From positions 187,922,001 through 187,986,000 of the forward strand of contig OX597815.1 in assembly GCA_951406725.2 (NCBI GenBank): DNA of 64,000 nucleotides, in the 5' to 3' direction. Position numbers and translations under genes: made by a program. This stretch comes from Octopus vulgaris. Taxonomy: Eukaryota. This document shows positions 13,165-25,822 of this stretch, one piece after another. The notes beneath the pieces were generated by a model. That model did not search any database and was not told the DNA's origin. It saw only the letters and a list, made by a program, of their open reading frames with translations. Positions within the stretch are counted from its first letter, which is position 1. Each line of letters starts with the position of its first letter.

Positions 13165-13800
13165 AATTATTGCATACAGTGCTCAGGTGCACCACAACCT
13201 GTCAAATGTGCATATAAAGCATATGCAGTAATGTACAAATGTCTGGGAAGTGAACAGTGTATGAGTCAGATACATGCTTGCGTGTGTATGGAGAGGAGAA
13301 AATCAGGTGTAGTGTTAGCGAATCTCAGGAAGCATGGAAGTTTTGAAGGATGCAGTGCTCTGACAACTAACAACTGATGCCGGCAGTTTGTTCCATGCTT
13401 CGGCAACTCTTAGCGAGAAAAAATGTTTCTGAAAGTCATGGGAGCTGTGCTGTTTTCTGACTTTGTAAACATGTCCACGGGTGTTAGACAGGTGGAGTTT
13501 GAAAAGGTGCTCAGAATTATTGGTACAAAGGCTGCTGCTAATTATCATGAACAATTAGGAAAAGAAGATAATTGGTGAAGGATGCTACACACCAGAGCAA
13601 ATATACAATGTTCTTGGAATGGTACTTTTCTAAATACTCATGCATATTAAAAACTTTTATATCTTTTGAAGTAAAATCAAAACCAGGAATTAAAGCTTCC
13701 AAAAATCATGTTACACTTCTGGCAAGAAATGCTGCTGGTGATATGAAATTCAAGTCTGTCCTTCTATGTTTTGTAATGTGGCTTACTGCTTTTGTAATAT
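13123..13800 (-). mobile_element. 3' fragment of a CR1/L2/Jockey-group LINE with (TTA)n tail
   Basis: ORF 13315-13554 reads NTRGHVYKVRKQH...HFFSLRVAEAWNKLPASVV, a typical ORF2 C-terminus; second copy at 10104-10388. Confidence 0.8.
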
Positions 13801-13896
13801 GAAAATCAGTGGGTAAATTAATTTCATGTTACGGTATTCTTTTAATGCATTATTTTTGTAATGTGGGGTAATCATATGTGTGTGTGTGTATATGTA

Positions 13897-13941
<45 letters not shown>

Positions 13942-13999
13942 GGCGGTGCCCCAGCATGGCCACAGCTCATTAGCTGAAACTGGAAAAATCAAAATCAAA

Positions 14000-14040
<41 letters not shown>

Positions 14041-14046
<6 letters not shown>

Positions 14047-14391
14047 GAATAAGGGTAGAAATTGATATTAATCAATTAAAACCAGTGGCCTAGCATATTA
14101 AAAAATCCGAAGATTAAAATATTTTTACATACAAAATTTAAAGGACTGACCACTAAAAGTGGACAGTCAACATGCTAGATATAGACGTCAAAATCGATAT
14201 TTTCCACGAAGAATGTGTACTGATAGGTAATCGTTATTATTTCATATATTTTAATTTGTCTTGCTTATTTTTTACGCTTTGGTTTGTTCTGAGTTTTTAT
14301 TTGAGAACACATTCTTCGTGGAAAATAGCGATTTTGACATCTATATCTAGCATGTTGACCGTCCACTTTTAGTGGTCAGTCCTTTAAATTT

Positions 14392-14396
<5 letters not shown>
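14041..14396. mobile_element. Insertion in (TA)n with ~90 bp inverted arms (14129-14219 / 14307-14396), Penelope-like
   Basis: ATACAAAATTTAAAGGACTGACCACTAAAAGTGGAC... and its reverse complement, flanked by (TA)n. Confidence 0.65.
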
Positions 14397-14436
<40 letters not shown>

Positions 14437-15210
14437 CTGTGTTCGTCCTATGTTTTTCTGTTAATATCAACTGTATATATACACATATATATGTAGCAAC
14501 ATACATATATATAATTGTGTTTGTTTGTGTGTGTGGATTCTTAGTTGACTTCTCCAAAGATTTCTTGAAGATATTCAAACCTCAAAATATTGAAACAACA
14601 GGTAAAAGCACAATTCATTGACTTGTATTATTAATTTTCATAACTTGCACTGTTTTAGCTTTAAAAAAATAATTGAAAACAATTATCTATCTACCTACCT
14701 ACCTGTCTGTCTCTCTCTATATATATATATGGAGAGAGAGAGATATGAGACAAATCTTTTTGCTAACTATACTACTGTCATACATGTGTGTGTTTGTACA
14801 CATACATACATATACCCAGGCCTATTCCCCATTTTTTTTTAAGGAGGGGATAGCCACAAGACACACACCAGGCATTCCATTCATTTCAAAGCTCAAAGAG
14901 GCAAGCCCCGTCCTATGCTCGGGTCAAGGCATAGAATGCAACCCCCAATAGCAGCAGCGGGGCCCAACAGCATATGCTGGTTCTGTACCCCTTGGACCAA
15001 CATCAAATTCACTCATCCATCCACAAACACTCTCCAAGCTTTCCTTTCACTTATAAACTCTCTTTGTCCTAGGTATAACTATAAACTACATCCAGTAGTG
15101 GGACCTGGGGCTCTGGTTTCAGAGTTTGAGGAGTATAAAACAATCTCTTAGCCACTAGTGTTCCCAGGTCTACTCTGGCCCAGAGTGGTAGCACCTGTAA
15201 GGGTCCCAGC

Positions 15211-15901
15211 CAGCGCTAGATTAATCCATTAAACAAAATAAGCACATGCTTAGGGCACCAAGGGATGGGGGCCACCACAGAAATGAAAATGGTTTACAGC
15301 ACAAAAGAAATCACTTTAACCCTTTAGCATTTAAACCGGTCATATCCGGCCAAAAATATTCTATCTGTTTTATGTTAAAACTAGCCCTATCTGGTCTCTC
15401 ACACCAACCCTACAATATTGTTTAAAAAATTAACAGCTACCTCATCAAAATCTCATAGCTACAAGATAATGCATGATTAATTCAAAACAATGTAGATGAA
15501 GAAGCATTAATTTTGGCAGAATAATGCGAAATCACTTTAAACTTGCTAAAATAATATTCATAATGCCTTATCTCTACTCAATATAGAAGTATAGAAGCAG
15601 AAGTTTTAATTTTAATTAATTAATTTTAACGATACCATCAAACACTTTGCAATCCCAAAAAACAAAAAAAATTAAGAAAACTTTTCAAATATAAATAAAA
15701 TGGAAGCATACAAAAATAAACATTATTTTCCATCTTACTGTGAATTTTGTTTCATTTTGGAGAAATAAAAATTAATTTTATGGTTTATTATAATTTACAT
15801 TTTAAATTATTTTTGTTTATATTTTGAACCATTTACATATACCTGAGGGCACCAAAACCTTTTAGGTGCTTAGGGCCTCCATGGACTTTAATCCAGCCCT
15901 A
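15211..15901. mobile_element. hAT-type non-autonomous element with a nested TTAA-MITE fragment (~15320-15528)
   Basis: Termini CAGCGCTAGATTAA / TTAATCCAGCCCTA; 8-bp TSD GTCCCAGC / GTCCTAGC. Confidence 0.7.
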
Positions 15902-16125
15902 GTCCTAGCTATGGGTTAACTAGCAACCCCATCCCTGTGACTGGGGCGGGGACCAGTAGAATGCAGTCGCTGTATTCCCTGTGGTGTAAGAGGCGACGAA
16001 AGGGGCCGGGAGCAAGGGGACAAGGAATCCACTCTTCCTAATAGTGTCATGTTCCTAAAAAGACAAGACAACATACATACATAACACATCTAAACAAATA
16101 TTTATATACTTATTTATTTCGTGAA

Positions 16126-16466
16126 GGCGCATGGCTCAGTGGTTAGAGCGTCGAGCTTACGATCGTGAGGTTGTAAGCTCGAATCCCGGACCGGGCTGCG
16201 TGTTGTGTTCTTGAGCAAGACACTTTATTTCATGTTGCTCCAGTTCACTCAGCCGTAGAAATTAGTTGCGATGTCACAGGTGCCAAGCTGTATCGACCTT
16301 TGTCTTTCCCTTGGATAACATCAGTGGCGTAGAGAGCGGGTGGGTGGGTGGCTGGTATGCATGGGTGACTGCTGGTCTTCCATAAACAACCTTGCCTGGA
16401 CTTGTGCCTGGGAGGGTAACTTTCTAGGTGCAATCCCATGGTCTGTGTCGTGACCGAAGGGGGTCA
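16126..16466 (+). mobile_element. tRNA-derived SINE (family D)
   Basis: GGCGCATGGCTCAGTGGTTAGAGCG...GCTCGAATCCC head; second copy at 27472-27810. Confidence 0.85.
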
Positions 16467-17077
16467 CAAATATTTATTTCGGTAAGATTTCTACTGTACT
16501 CCAAGTTAAAAAAAAAAAAAAGTGACCCACAGAAATACTATTGAAAGTAGAGAGAAGGCTTTTTGTCTTTTTACTGATATTTACAAATTTGAATGAAAAA
16601 CAAATACGATGTCAAAATATATTTCAAGTTTGATATTGATTTATTTAAGTAAAAAGAAACCAAAAACAATAAACCATCAAACTTTCTCAGACCTCTGAAT
16701 TGTATCGAATATTATTGCCAAATCATCTATTTTATATCTTCTGGTTTCTAGTAAATTCCTAATAATTTCTCATGTCTACACAGCACGATAAATTTATTTT
16801 AGTATTCATTAGTCAGTTCTTGAATGTTATGTATCTTTTTTTCATTTTCGTTATCTGGTGACATAACAATTTTTATACACGGCACTAAAAATTCATTTTA
16901 TCTTCTGTGTTGTTTTCTCTCCTTGTTGCCCATTACTTTTCTCTCCTTATCACTTAGCAACATGTCAAAAAGAAAAAAAAGTCTTTAACAAACTGTAGAC
17001 ATGAAAACCAGATATTTTGTAAGTATGGGGGGTGGAATTTTAACAAGTACATTTTTTTTATATATTACCATATGTGC

Positions 17078-17771
17078 AGGTGTGGCTGTGTGGTAAGTAG
17101 CTTGCTTACCAACCACATGGTTCTGGATTCAGTCCCACTGCATGGCTCCAAGGGCAAGTGTCTTTTTTGCTTGGAACAAGCTGGCAGAAATGTCACCACA
17201 CCGGGCGAAATGCTTAGCGGTATTTTGTCTGCCACTATGTTCTGAGTTCAACTTCCGCAAAGGTCGACTTTGCTTTTCATCCTTTCGGGGTCGATTAAAT
17301 AAGTACCAGTTACGCACTGGGGTTGATATAATCGACTTAATCCATTTGTCTGTCCTTGTTTGTCCCTTCTGTGTGTAGTCCCTTGTGGGCAGTAAAGAAA
17401 TAAGAAACTGAAAGAAGCCCTTTATATATACATACATATATATCTCAACCAACGTTGATGTGTTTACATCACCATAACAGTGGTTCGACAAAACAGACCA
17501 ATAGAATAAGTACTGGGTTTACAAAGAATAAGTACTGAGATCGATTTGTTCGACTAAAGGTGGTACTCCAGCATGGCCGCAATCAAATGACTGAAACAAA
17601 TAAAAGAGTGAAAAAGAATAGGTACAAGTGTGTCTGTATGGTAAGAAGCTTGCTCTTCAGCCACATGGTTCTGGGTTCAGTCCCATTGCATGGCACCTGA
17701 GGCAAGTGTCTACAGACTGACAAAAGTTTCGTGAAAGAATTTGTAGTTGGAAACTGAAAAGAAGCCTGACA

Positions 17772-17870
<99 letters not shown>

Positions 17871-18245
17871 GGGAAGCTTTATGAAAATAGACAAAAGACG
17901 AAGGCAGGTGGAAAACAAACGAACAATTGTATTAGTATGGCGCTCAGGAAATATAAATAAAACAAGTCTTTAACATTTCGAGCCTACGCTCTTCAACAGA
18001 AAGATACACAGAGAGAAAAAAAACACAGAAAGAAGGAGAGAAAAAAAATGCGTGCAGTAGCTAACGTATCATACATATATATATGTTTTGTGTGACTGTA
18101 TCTGCTTAGCAGTTCGCCAAAAGAGACCAATTTAACAAGTACAAGGTTTTAAAAAATATAGTACTGGGTTGACTCATTCAATAAAAGAATTCTTGAAGGA
18201 GATGCCCCAACATGGCCGCAGTCTAATGAGTGATAAAAGATTAAA
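17078..18245 (+). mobile_element. Two family A SINEs, one with a nested family C SINE (~17178-17402), one with a Penelope-like fragment (~17870-18072) in its (TA)n
   Basis: Head and tail matches to the other copies in the window. Confidence 0.75.
17967..18004 (-). ncRNA. Hammerhead-ribozyme-like motif (non-canonical core)
   Basis: TCTTT-CTGTTGA-A-GAGC gtag GCTC-GAA-ATGTT-AAAGA: stems I and II pair, but A6>U and stem III is degraded. Confidence 0.4.
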
Positions 18246-19812
18246 GATAAAAGAAAATGACACAGCATTGCTGCTGTATTACAACCTATTCTTATTTTGC
18301 TTAAGACATTCAGGGAATTTTTCAAGAAATATAATCAATTATTTTGTGTATCTTTTCTTTATATACAAATTTACATTAAAGTATCACATATTCATGATTT
18401 AACTCCATGTTTCCATAATATCAGTGTTGTTACCATATAAGGAAAATTATCTTTGCGCATATATATGTGTGTGTGTATATCTATATATATGTATATGTAT
18501 GTATAACAATTCATTTAAATATTGAATTGAACAGCTTTGAAGCAAATGAAAGAAAATTGATTTGAATTTTCCTCAAGAACAATAATTATATATTTGAGAA
18601 TATAAATATTTATACATAGATTGTATGTCATGGTTAATGTTGATGAGAATTTTAAGAAGTATGATTTAACACTTTTGTTACAGCATTTCTCTTGAAATAT
18701 ACCGACTTTGTTTCAATTAATTTTAAAAATACTGAATAAATTAATAAAATAACTGTCATTATTAAGTTTGTGCTTGGAACATAAATTAAATGGAATTTTG
18801 AAGGAACGTTACTATTTAGATTACTTTGAACAGGAAGCTTGTATGATTGAAGCAGAGGTAAGTCTCAAGCAGGTTGGCATCAGAAGGGTTTAAATCTTGG
18901 TCTACAAGACAAAGCCATCACCTTCAATAATTCATTTTTAATTCCATCTAGAATTTTTTTATTTATCTCATCTATCACATCTGGGAAATAAAATCTCTAG
19001 GCCGACCAATTAACCATTACTGGCAGCTTAATACAAAATAATGAATTATTGAGATGAATGACTAATTTATGAGAGAAACACAGACCATCATCGTTATCAT
19101 CATCATTGTTTAACGTCCATTTTCCATGCTGGCATGGGTTGGCCAGTTTGACAGGAGCTGGCCAGGCTCCAATTGTCTCTTGCGGCATGGTTTCTATGGC
19201 TGGATGCCCTTCCTAATGCCAACCACTAAACAGAGTGTGCTGGGTGCTTCATACATGCTACCAGCACAGGATGCGTTTATGCAGTACCAGCATAAGTGCA
19301 TCTTACATTACACTGGCACTTGTAAAAGACAAACCTGTGCGTATGGACGGCAGCAATTTTACTTGGCCTGACGTATCTTCTCAAGTACAGCAAATCGCCA
19401 CAACTCCCGATCCCTTTTCATTTCTGAGAGGAACACGTGAAGTTTTAAACAAAACATCAACACAGAGACAAAGGAGAGAAGAAAATCAAAAGTATGTCAT
19501 TTGTGAAAATAGAAATAATATATTTCTAAATCTCTCAGAGAGATTTATGCAGTAGCAGCATGATAAAGTGATAGCATGTTGTCAACTTAATGTGACAGTC
19601 CCATGAAAGGGAAGAATGCTACTGTTATTTAGCCCTAGGAAACACCGTTTCCTGTTGGACTTGACACATTTCCTGTGTCCTTGTGTTTTCAAAATAGAGA
19701 CAAGCACCTCCATCCAGCAAAACCAGCATCCAGAGACTAGTTTCAGAGTCATTGCTCATCATATATGTTTTCAAAGGTGGATAGGCATTGATAGGTAGCA
19801 AGCCATGCTACT

Positions 19813-19853
19813 CCAGACTGATGATGAGCAAGGACTCTGAAACTATTCTTTGG
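19813..19853 (+). ncRNA. Minimal type I hammerhead motif, with an inverted partial copy at 19718-19761
   Basis: CCAGA-CTGATGA-tGAG...CTCt-GAA-ACTATT-C-TTTGG. The inverted copy gives GAA-ACTAGT-C-TCTGG (palindromic stem III, GUC triplet). Confidence 0.6.
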
Positions 19854-20359
19854 ATGCTGGTTTTGAAAGAAGTCCATCATATGTGTGTGTGTGTGTTTCT
19901 TTGTGTCTATGTTTTTATTCCCAACACCACTTGACAACTGGTGTTGGTGTGTTTACATTCTTGTAACTTAGTAGTTCAGCAAAGGAGACTGATACAATAA
20001 GTACCAAGCTTTAAAAAATATAATAATCCTGGGGTTGATTTGTTCAACTAAAACCCACCAAGATGGTGCCCTAGCATGGCCACAGTCAAATGACTGAAAC
20101 AAGTAAAAGATACAAGATAAAAAATAAAGGCTGTTGCATTGATTGGACCAACTTGGAACCCTCATCATCATTACTGATGGAGAGCCAGTAGCATTTCAGC
20201 ACTCAGGTTAGATCCCCTATTTGGTGGGGACATTCTTTTCTCCCACCTTTCTTAGAGGTTCTGTAAAAGATGGCGGATATTGAAAGATAAAGAAAAATAT
20301 GAAAAAAAAAAGAGAGGAAATATTGAAATTATTTTCTATCTCTCTGGATGGAAACATCT

Positions 20360-20585
20360 TCACGAAAGAGCTGAAGAAAATGGCAAATTACAAAGATAAA
20401 GATTTAGAAATAGAAATAACCACAATATGGAGATTGAAAATGCAAACAATCCCAAAAGCAGTCATTGATGCACTCAGGCTAATAAAAATATAAATAAATA
20501 AATACGTGAATAAAAATATGGCATCAGGATTATCCAAACTGCACATCATACAAAAAATAGCAGAGTCAGGTAGAGCACACGTAAA
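20360..20585 (+). mobile_element. R4/Dong-like LINE restriction-like endonuclease remnant
   Basis: NYKDKDLEIEITTIWRLKMQTIP..IDAL resembles the KY.DL.IEI..MW..K..IPI.IGALG motif. Confidence 0.6.
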
Positions 20586-21696
20586 AATGATGCATTAGCA
20601 TTGTGTGTGAGTGTGCATGTGTGTGTATAATTGTGTGTGTGTGTATGTGTGTGCATGCTGAAGAGTAAACAGAGAAAAGTGATGCCAATGATCAGCGCAA
20701 TATCGGTGATTCTGTAATGCAACTTTCAGGCATATTGAGATGACCTTCGTTATACAATAAATACATGCAATGTTTGTAATACCAAGGATTTATAACGATT
20801 ATGAAGCTCGTTATTATCAGAGACGAAATGATATTTTAGTTGGTTCTATTCATGAATCTTGACTTAATTTCCATCAGTATTGGATATTTATCATCATCGT
20901 ATGGTTGACAAAATAAATACTAGCAAAATACTGCTGCAAGTAATAAATATTTGGCAAAAAGAAAAACAAAATCACCTAATTACTCAAAGTGTTTCTTTTT
21001 ATTTTTTATTTCTATTTTATGTTGTTTTCAACCAAAGAAACTTCTAGCGTGGAACTGAGTAAATTTAATATATTTGATGTGTTGTGATAAGTTTGAAGAT
21101 GTTAAACTGGTGAAAAAGTCGCCTCATTACCTGTTTAATGCTCTTGTATTTGCGATCGTTAAACTATTTAATCCGACATGAGATTGTTAATTTACTTGTT
21201 GAAAATTAGTTGCTGCTACTAAAATTATAAAGAATTTCAGAGTATAAGAGCTTTAAGCTTGAATGTGATCTAATTATTAAACAATTATTGAATAATAGCT
21301 GGAAGTTATAACTTTCTCTAACTATAATATTGCAAACGGTTTTACTTGTTATGCTTCTTACTTTGAATGTCATAAAACTATATTTTACACAACTAATCAG
21401 CTATAAATGTTTCTATGTTGGCATTATGTACCACCAATACGAGACTATCTTCATAAGCTATAATGATTAGCTTTGTACAAAACCGTGTAGTTAAACTAGT
21501 GATCAATATAAGATGATAGACAAAATAACTGATCAAAACCATAAATTATATGTTAATTTAAGTTTAATTATGAATGCTATCATATAATAGTTAAGTGAGT
21601 GTTAGCATACTCAATGCGAATCTTTGAACTCGACATAGATAATATACAACTTAATAGTAAATTTAGAATCGGAACAATCAAAATGGTATATTAACA

Positions 21697-22308
21697 AGGC
21701 GGCGAGCTGGCAGAAATGTTAGAATGCCGGGCAAAGTGCTTACTGGTATTTCGTCTGCCATTACATTCTGAGTTCAAATTCCGCCGAGGTCAACTTTGCC
21801 TTTCGTCCTTTCGGGGTCGATAAATTAAGTACCAGTTACGCACTGGGGTCTATGTAATTGACTTAATCCATTTTCTGTCCTTTCTTTGTCCTCCCTGTGT
21901 TTAGCCCCTTGTGGGTAGTAAAGAAGTAAAAAGAGGTATTTCGTCTGCCTCTACGTTCCGAGTTCAAATTCTGCCAAGGTTGACTTTGCCTTTCATCCTT
22001 TCGGGGTTGATAAATTAAGTACCAGTTACGCACTGGGGTCTATGTAATCGACTTAATCCATTTGTCTGTTCTTGCTTGCCCTCTCTGTGTTTAGCCCCTT
22101 GTGGGTAATAAAGAAATAGAGATAGGTATTTTGTCTACCGCTACGTTCTGAGTTCAAATTCCTCCGAGGTCAACTTTGCCTTTCATCCTTTCGTGGTCGA
22201 TAAATTAAGTACCAGTTACACACTGGGGTCTATGTAATCGACTTAATCCATTTGTCTGTCCTTGTTTGTCCTCTCTATGTTTAACCTCTTGTGGGTAGTA
22301 AAGAAATA
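21697..22308 (+). mobile_element. Family C SINE, head plus three tandem body units
   Basis: GGCGGCGAGCTGGCAGAA head; GCCTTTCATCCTTTCGGGGTCGATAAATTAAGTACCAG (Nin/Deu-like from recall); 12-bp TSD GGTATATTAACA. Confidence 0.85.
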
Positions 22309-23279
22309 GGTATATTAACACAGTAGTTAATTGTCCTTTTAGCATTTTTCTAACAATCCACTGTAGAATGCGTTTAACTTCCTAATTAACCACGTTTCTC
22401 CATTTATGAACATTTAATAAGGTTTCTTTAAATCATTATTATGCTTGTTGATATGTTATTAAAATCCTTTCCAAATCTATTTCAGTGGGGTTTAAGTAAT
22501 AAATTTCAGATTTATCTTGAAGTTATATAAAATTTTTCTTACAAATCATGTTTCAAAATATTAACCTTTAATGATTTAATTTAGATATTTAAATCAATAT
22601 AAATTGCAGTGTTATGTTAATTATTGTAATTATGCTTTCTTAATCCTAGTGATATCAGAAATTCGGTGACAACTCTTCTTTCAAAACTTATATGAGAATG
22701 AAATAAGGAAATATCAGATACCCGGTACACATATATATCATTGGTTCATGCCTTATTGAAAGGAATCCATTGAAGTAGTTTACACATTTTAGTTTATTTA
22801 TAAAGTAAAACATTTATTTAAAGTTTATGATTGAGTGAATGACATTAACAAGGATGTCTTTTTATATTAGGCATGTTCAAACATTTTTAGTAGCATAGTT
22901 ATTAAGAGGAAGTCGTGATAACTGTGCTATAGAAAATGTCATAAATAATGTGTTCTGTACACAAAGCCTGGCATTTTTGGTGGAGATTGAAGAAGTTATG
23001 ACTGTCATTCCCTAAAAAATGAATTGGCTGCAGTTAGAAATGAAACCAGTTCACAAATGCAACATTGCTTATTTTCTCAACTTAAGTAGCAAGAAAAGTA
23101 AACAGGTCTTGAGTAACTAAAACCAGGTTAAAACACTTGGAATATATTTTATTCTAGTTCTTTATGATCTTAGTCATATTATTACTCTCTCTCTCAGTAT
23201 ATATTAAATAGGATTAATGAGAGTAGTGTTTTTTTTTTTTTTAAGTTCTATGCTGAGAACAAAAAAAAAACTGTCATCA

Positions 23280-23470
23280 ATCATCATTGTTCGACCGTGA
23301 TCGAGACAATGGAATTTACCGTGCCACACCAGACCTCACAGTCCATCATAGCATTACGGAGGTACTGTTACTGGATGCCTGTATCCCTGGAGATTACACC
23401 AGGGTAGGAGAGTGTGCGCCCTCTGGTATCGTGAGCAGATGGTTTCCTGAGGAGAAGAGTAGAAAAAGCT
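23280..23470 (-). mobile_element. RTE-like LINE 3' fragment
   Basis: Minus strand reads TLSYPGVISRDTG...LRNAMMDCEVW and ends at a (GAT)-type tail. Confidence 0.55.
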
Positions 23471-24321
23471 GTTGTACATTTGCAAACATGTAGAAAGGCT
23501 TTGGACAAGATCCTACACTCTTTACTTTGGTGGTTGTGAAGAGAGAAGAATTGTTGGGAGCAAAATAAGAATTTGCATGAGATCCAGTGTGAAATTTAGT
23601 GCACAGGTTGGTGCTAACTTAATTAGACATCTCTTCATTATATTCCTTACGGTGGTGAGCTGGCAGAATCGTTAGCACGCTGGACAAAATGCTTAGCAGT
23701 ATTTCGTCTGTCTTTACGTTCTGAGTTCAAATTCCGCCAAGGTCAACTTTGTCTTTCATCCTTTCGGGGTTGATAAATTAAGTACCAGTTGCGTACTGGG
23801 ATCGATCTAATTGATTGGTTCCCTCCCACCAAATTTCAGGCCTTGTGCCTATAGTAGAAAGGATTATATTCCTTACTTCATTATATTTCTTTATGACTGG
23901 CAATCCATCTGCTACGGCGATGAGTGTTCCGGTTGATTCAATCAACAGAACAGCCTGCATGTAAAATTAACCTACAAGAGGCCAAGTACTCTACAGATAT
24001 ACATACTGTTAATGTAGTTCTCAGAGAGATCCAGCGTGACACAGAATATGACAAGGCCGGCCCTTTGAGCTACAAGTATAACTCACTTTTGCTAGCTGAG
24101 TGGAGTGAAATAAATGTGCAATAAAGTGTCTAGCTCAAGGAAGTTTTGCACCACTAGGTATTGAACTCATGACTTTACAACAGTGAGCTGAATACCCTAA
24201 CCACAGAGTCATGTGCCTTCTTTCATTATAAATCCTTAAGACATACGGACAGAGGTGTTCAGGAGTGGAGGTCTCTGAAATCATTGTGTGCTGCTGACTT
24301 GATTGTCAAAGATTTCTCAAA

Positions 24322-24684
24322 TACTCTTTTACTTGTTTCAGTCATTTAATGGTGGCCATGCTGGAGCACCACCTTTAGTCGAGCAAATAGACCCCAGGAC
24401 TTATTCTTTGTAAGCCGAGTACTTATTCTATCGGTCTCTTTTGCCGAACCACTAAGTTACGAGGGCGTAAACACACCAGCATCGGTTATCAAGCGATGTT
24501 AGTAGGGACAAAGTCAGACACACAAACATATACATAGACATATATACGACGGGATTATTTCAGTTTCCATCTACCAAATCTAATCACAAGGCTTTGGTCG
24601 GCCTGGGGCTATATTAGAAGACACTTGCCCAAGGTGCCATGCGGTTCGTAAGCAAGCTACTTACCACACAGCCACTCCTACGCC
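24322..24684 (-). mobile_element. Family A SINE
   Basis: Matches 4063-4481. Confidence 0.85.
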
Positions 24685-25368
24685 TTGAGCAGTAATTTTA
24701 TATCAATAAGAATAAATGTCTGCAAGTTTAAAATATGAGTATTTTGGAGGGAAATGGTTATGTCTGATCCATCAGAAGGAAGTTGATAGGAATTCTATGC
24801 TATGTGCTCAAAACAAATAATGGGGACGCGACATGTAGCAGGATCAAAGGAAAATTGTCGGATGTATAGTGTTAAATTGCATGTAAGGTGTAGCATATGA
24901 GATGCAGGAGATATACTTTATGGATATGATTTAATTAGATAACATCTGTTGGGTGAAAAAGTATCATGTATTGATTGCTTTTGGGAGAGCCAGAAGATTT
25001 GTTAAGAAAGAATAATGTTGATCCTCACAGGCATGATTTTTGAAAGAAAAATAAAACCAAAGTCATCAGTTTTGAAGTTGTTCATTGTTTGCATGCAAAT
25101 TAAAAACAAGGTTAGCATTAATGTAAACATTGTCATGGTTTACAATCTGCTGTAAAAACATGTCCAGCCATTGAGCTGTTCGTAGTTCAAATGACGAGGG
25201 AAAATATTTCGTTATCTAGAAATAGGTCAGAGTTAGTGAGTGGAAGAACATCCAGCTGTAGCTGACTTCCTCAGTAAGTTTTGTCTGACCCATGCAAACA
25301 TGAGAAAGTGGATGTTGATACAATATACTCGACTGTGAGGTAAACTACTTTCAATTATATTTTCTTAA

Positions 25369-25822
25369 CCCTTTCGTTACTGTATTTATTTTGAGATGCT
25401 CTGTGTTTCTTTCAATTAATTTTAAATATAACAAAGAATTTAGTAAAATAACTTAGTTATCATTCAGCTAGTGTTAGGAACATAAATTGTGACTAAGGTT
25501 TGGTGGAAGAATTTAATTCAAAACTTATTTAAACAAGACATTTGTACTACAGAGCCAGAGGTGGTTTCAGCCGGGTTGGTAACGAAAGGGTTAAATTAAT
25601 AATTTGTTAACCCTTTTGTTACCATATTTCTTTTGAGATGCTGTGTGTTTCTTTCAATTAATTTTAAATATAACAAAGAATTTAGTAAAATAACTTAGTT
25701 ATCATTAAGCTAGTGTTAGGAACATAAATTGTAACTAAGGTTTGGTGGAAGAGTTTAATTCAGAACTTATGAAAACAAGACATCTGTACTATAGAGCCAG
25801 AAAAGGGTTGGTATTGAAAGGG
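25369..25822. mobile_element. Two tandem TTAA-MITEs (25369-25590, 25611-25822), piggyBac-like
   Basis: TTAA|CCCTTTCGTTAC...GTAACGAAAGGG|TTAA; further copy at 48342-48556. Confidence 0.85.

Noticed and set aside
16126-16200. tRNA-like sequences (also 47554, 56790 and the family A heads)
   Set aside because: A/B boxes are present but I could not close a proper acceptor stem, and they run into SINE bodies; not functional tRNA genes.
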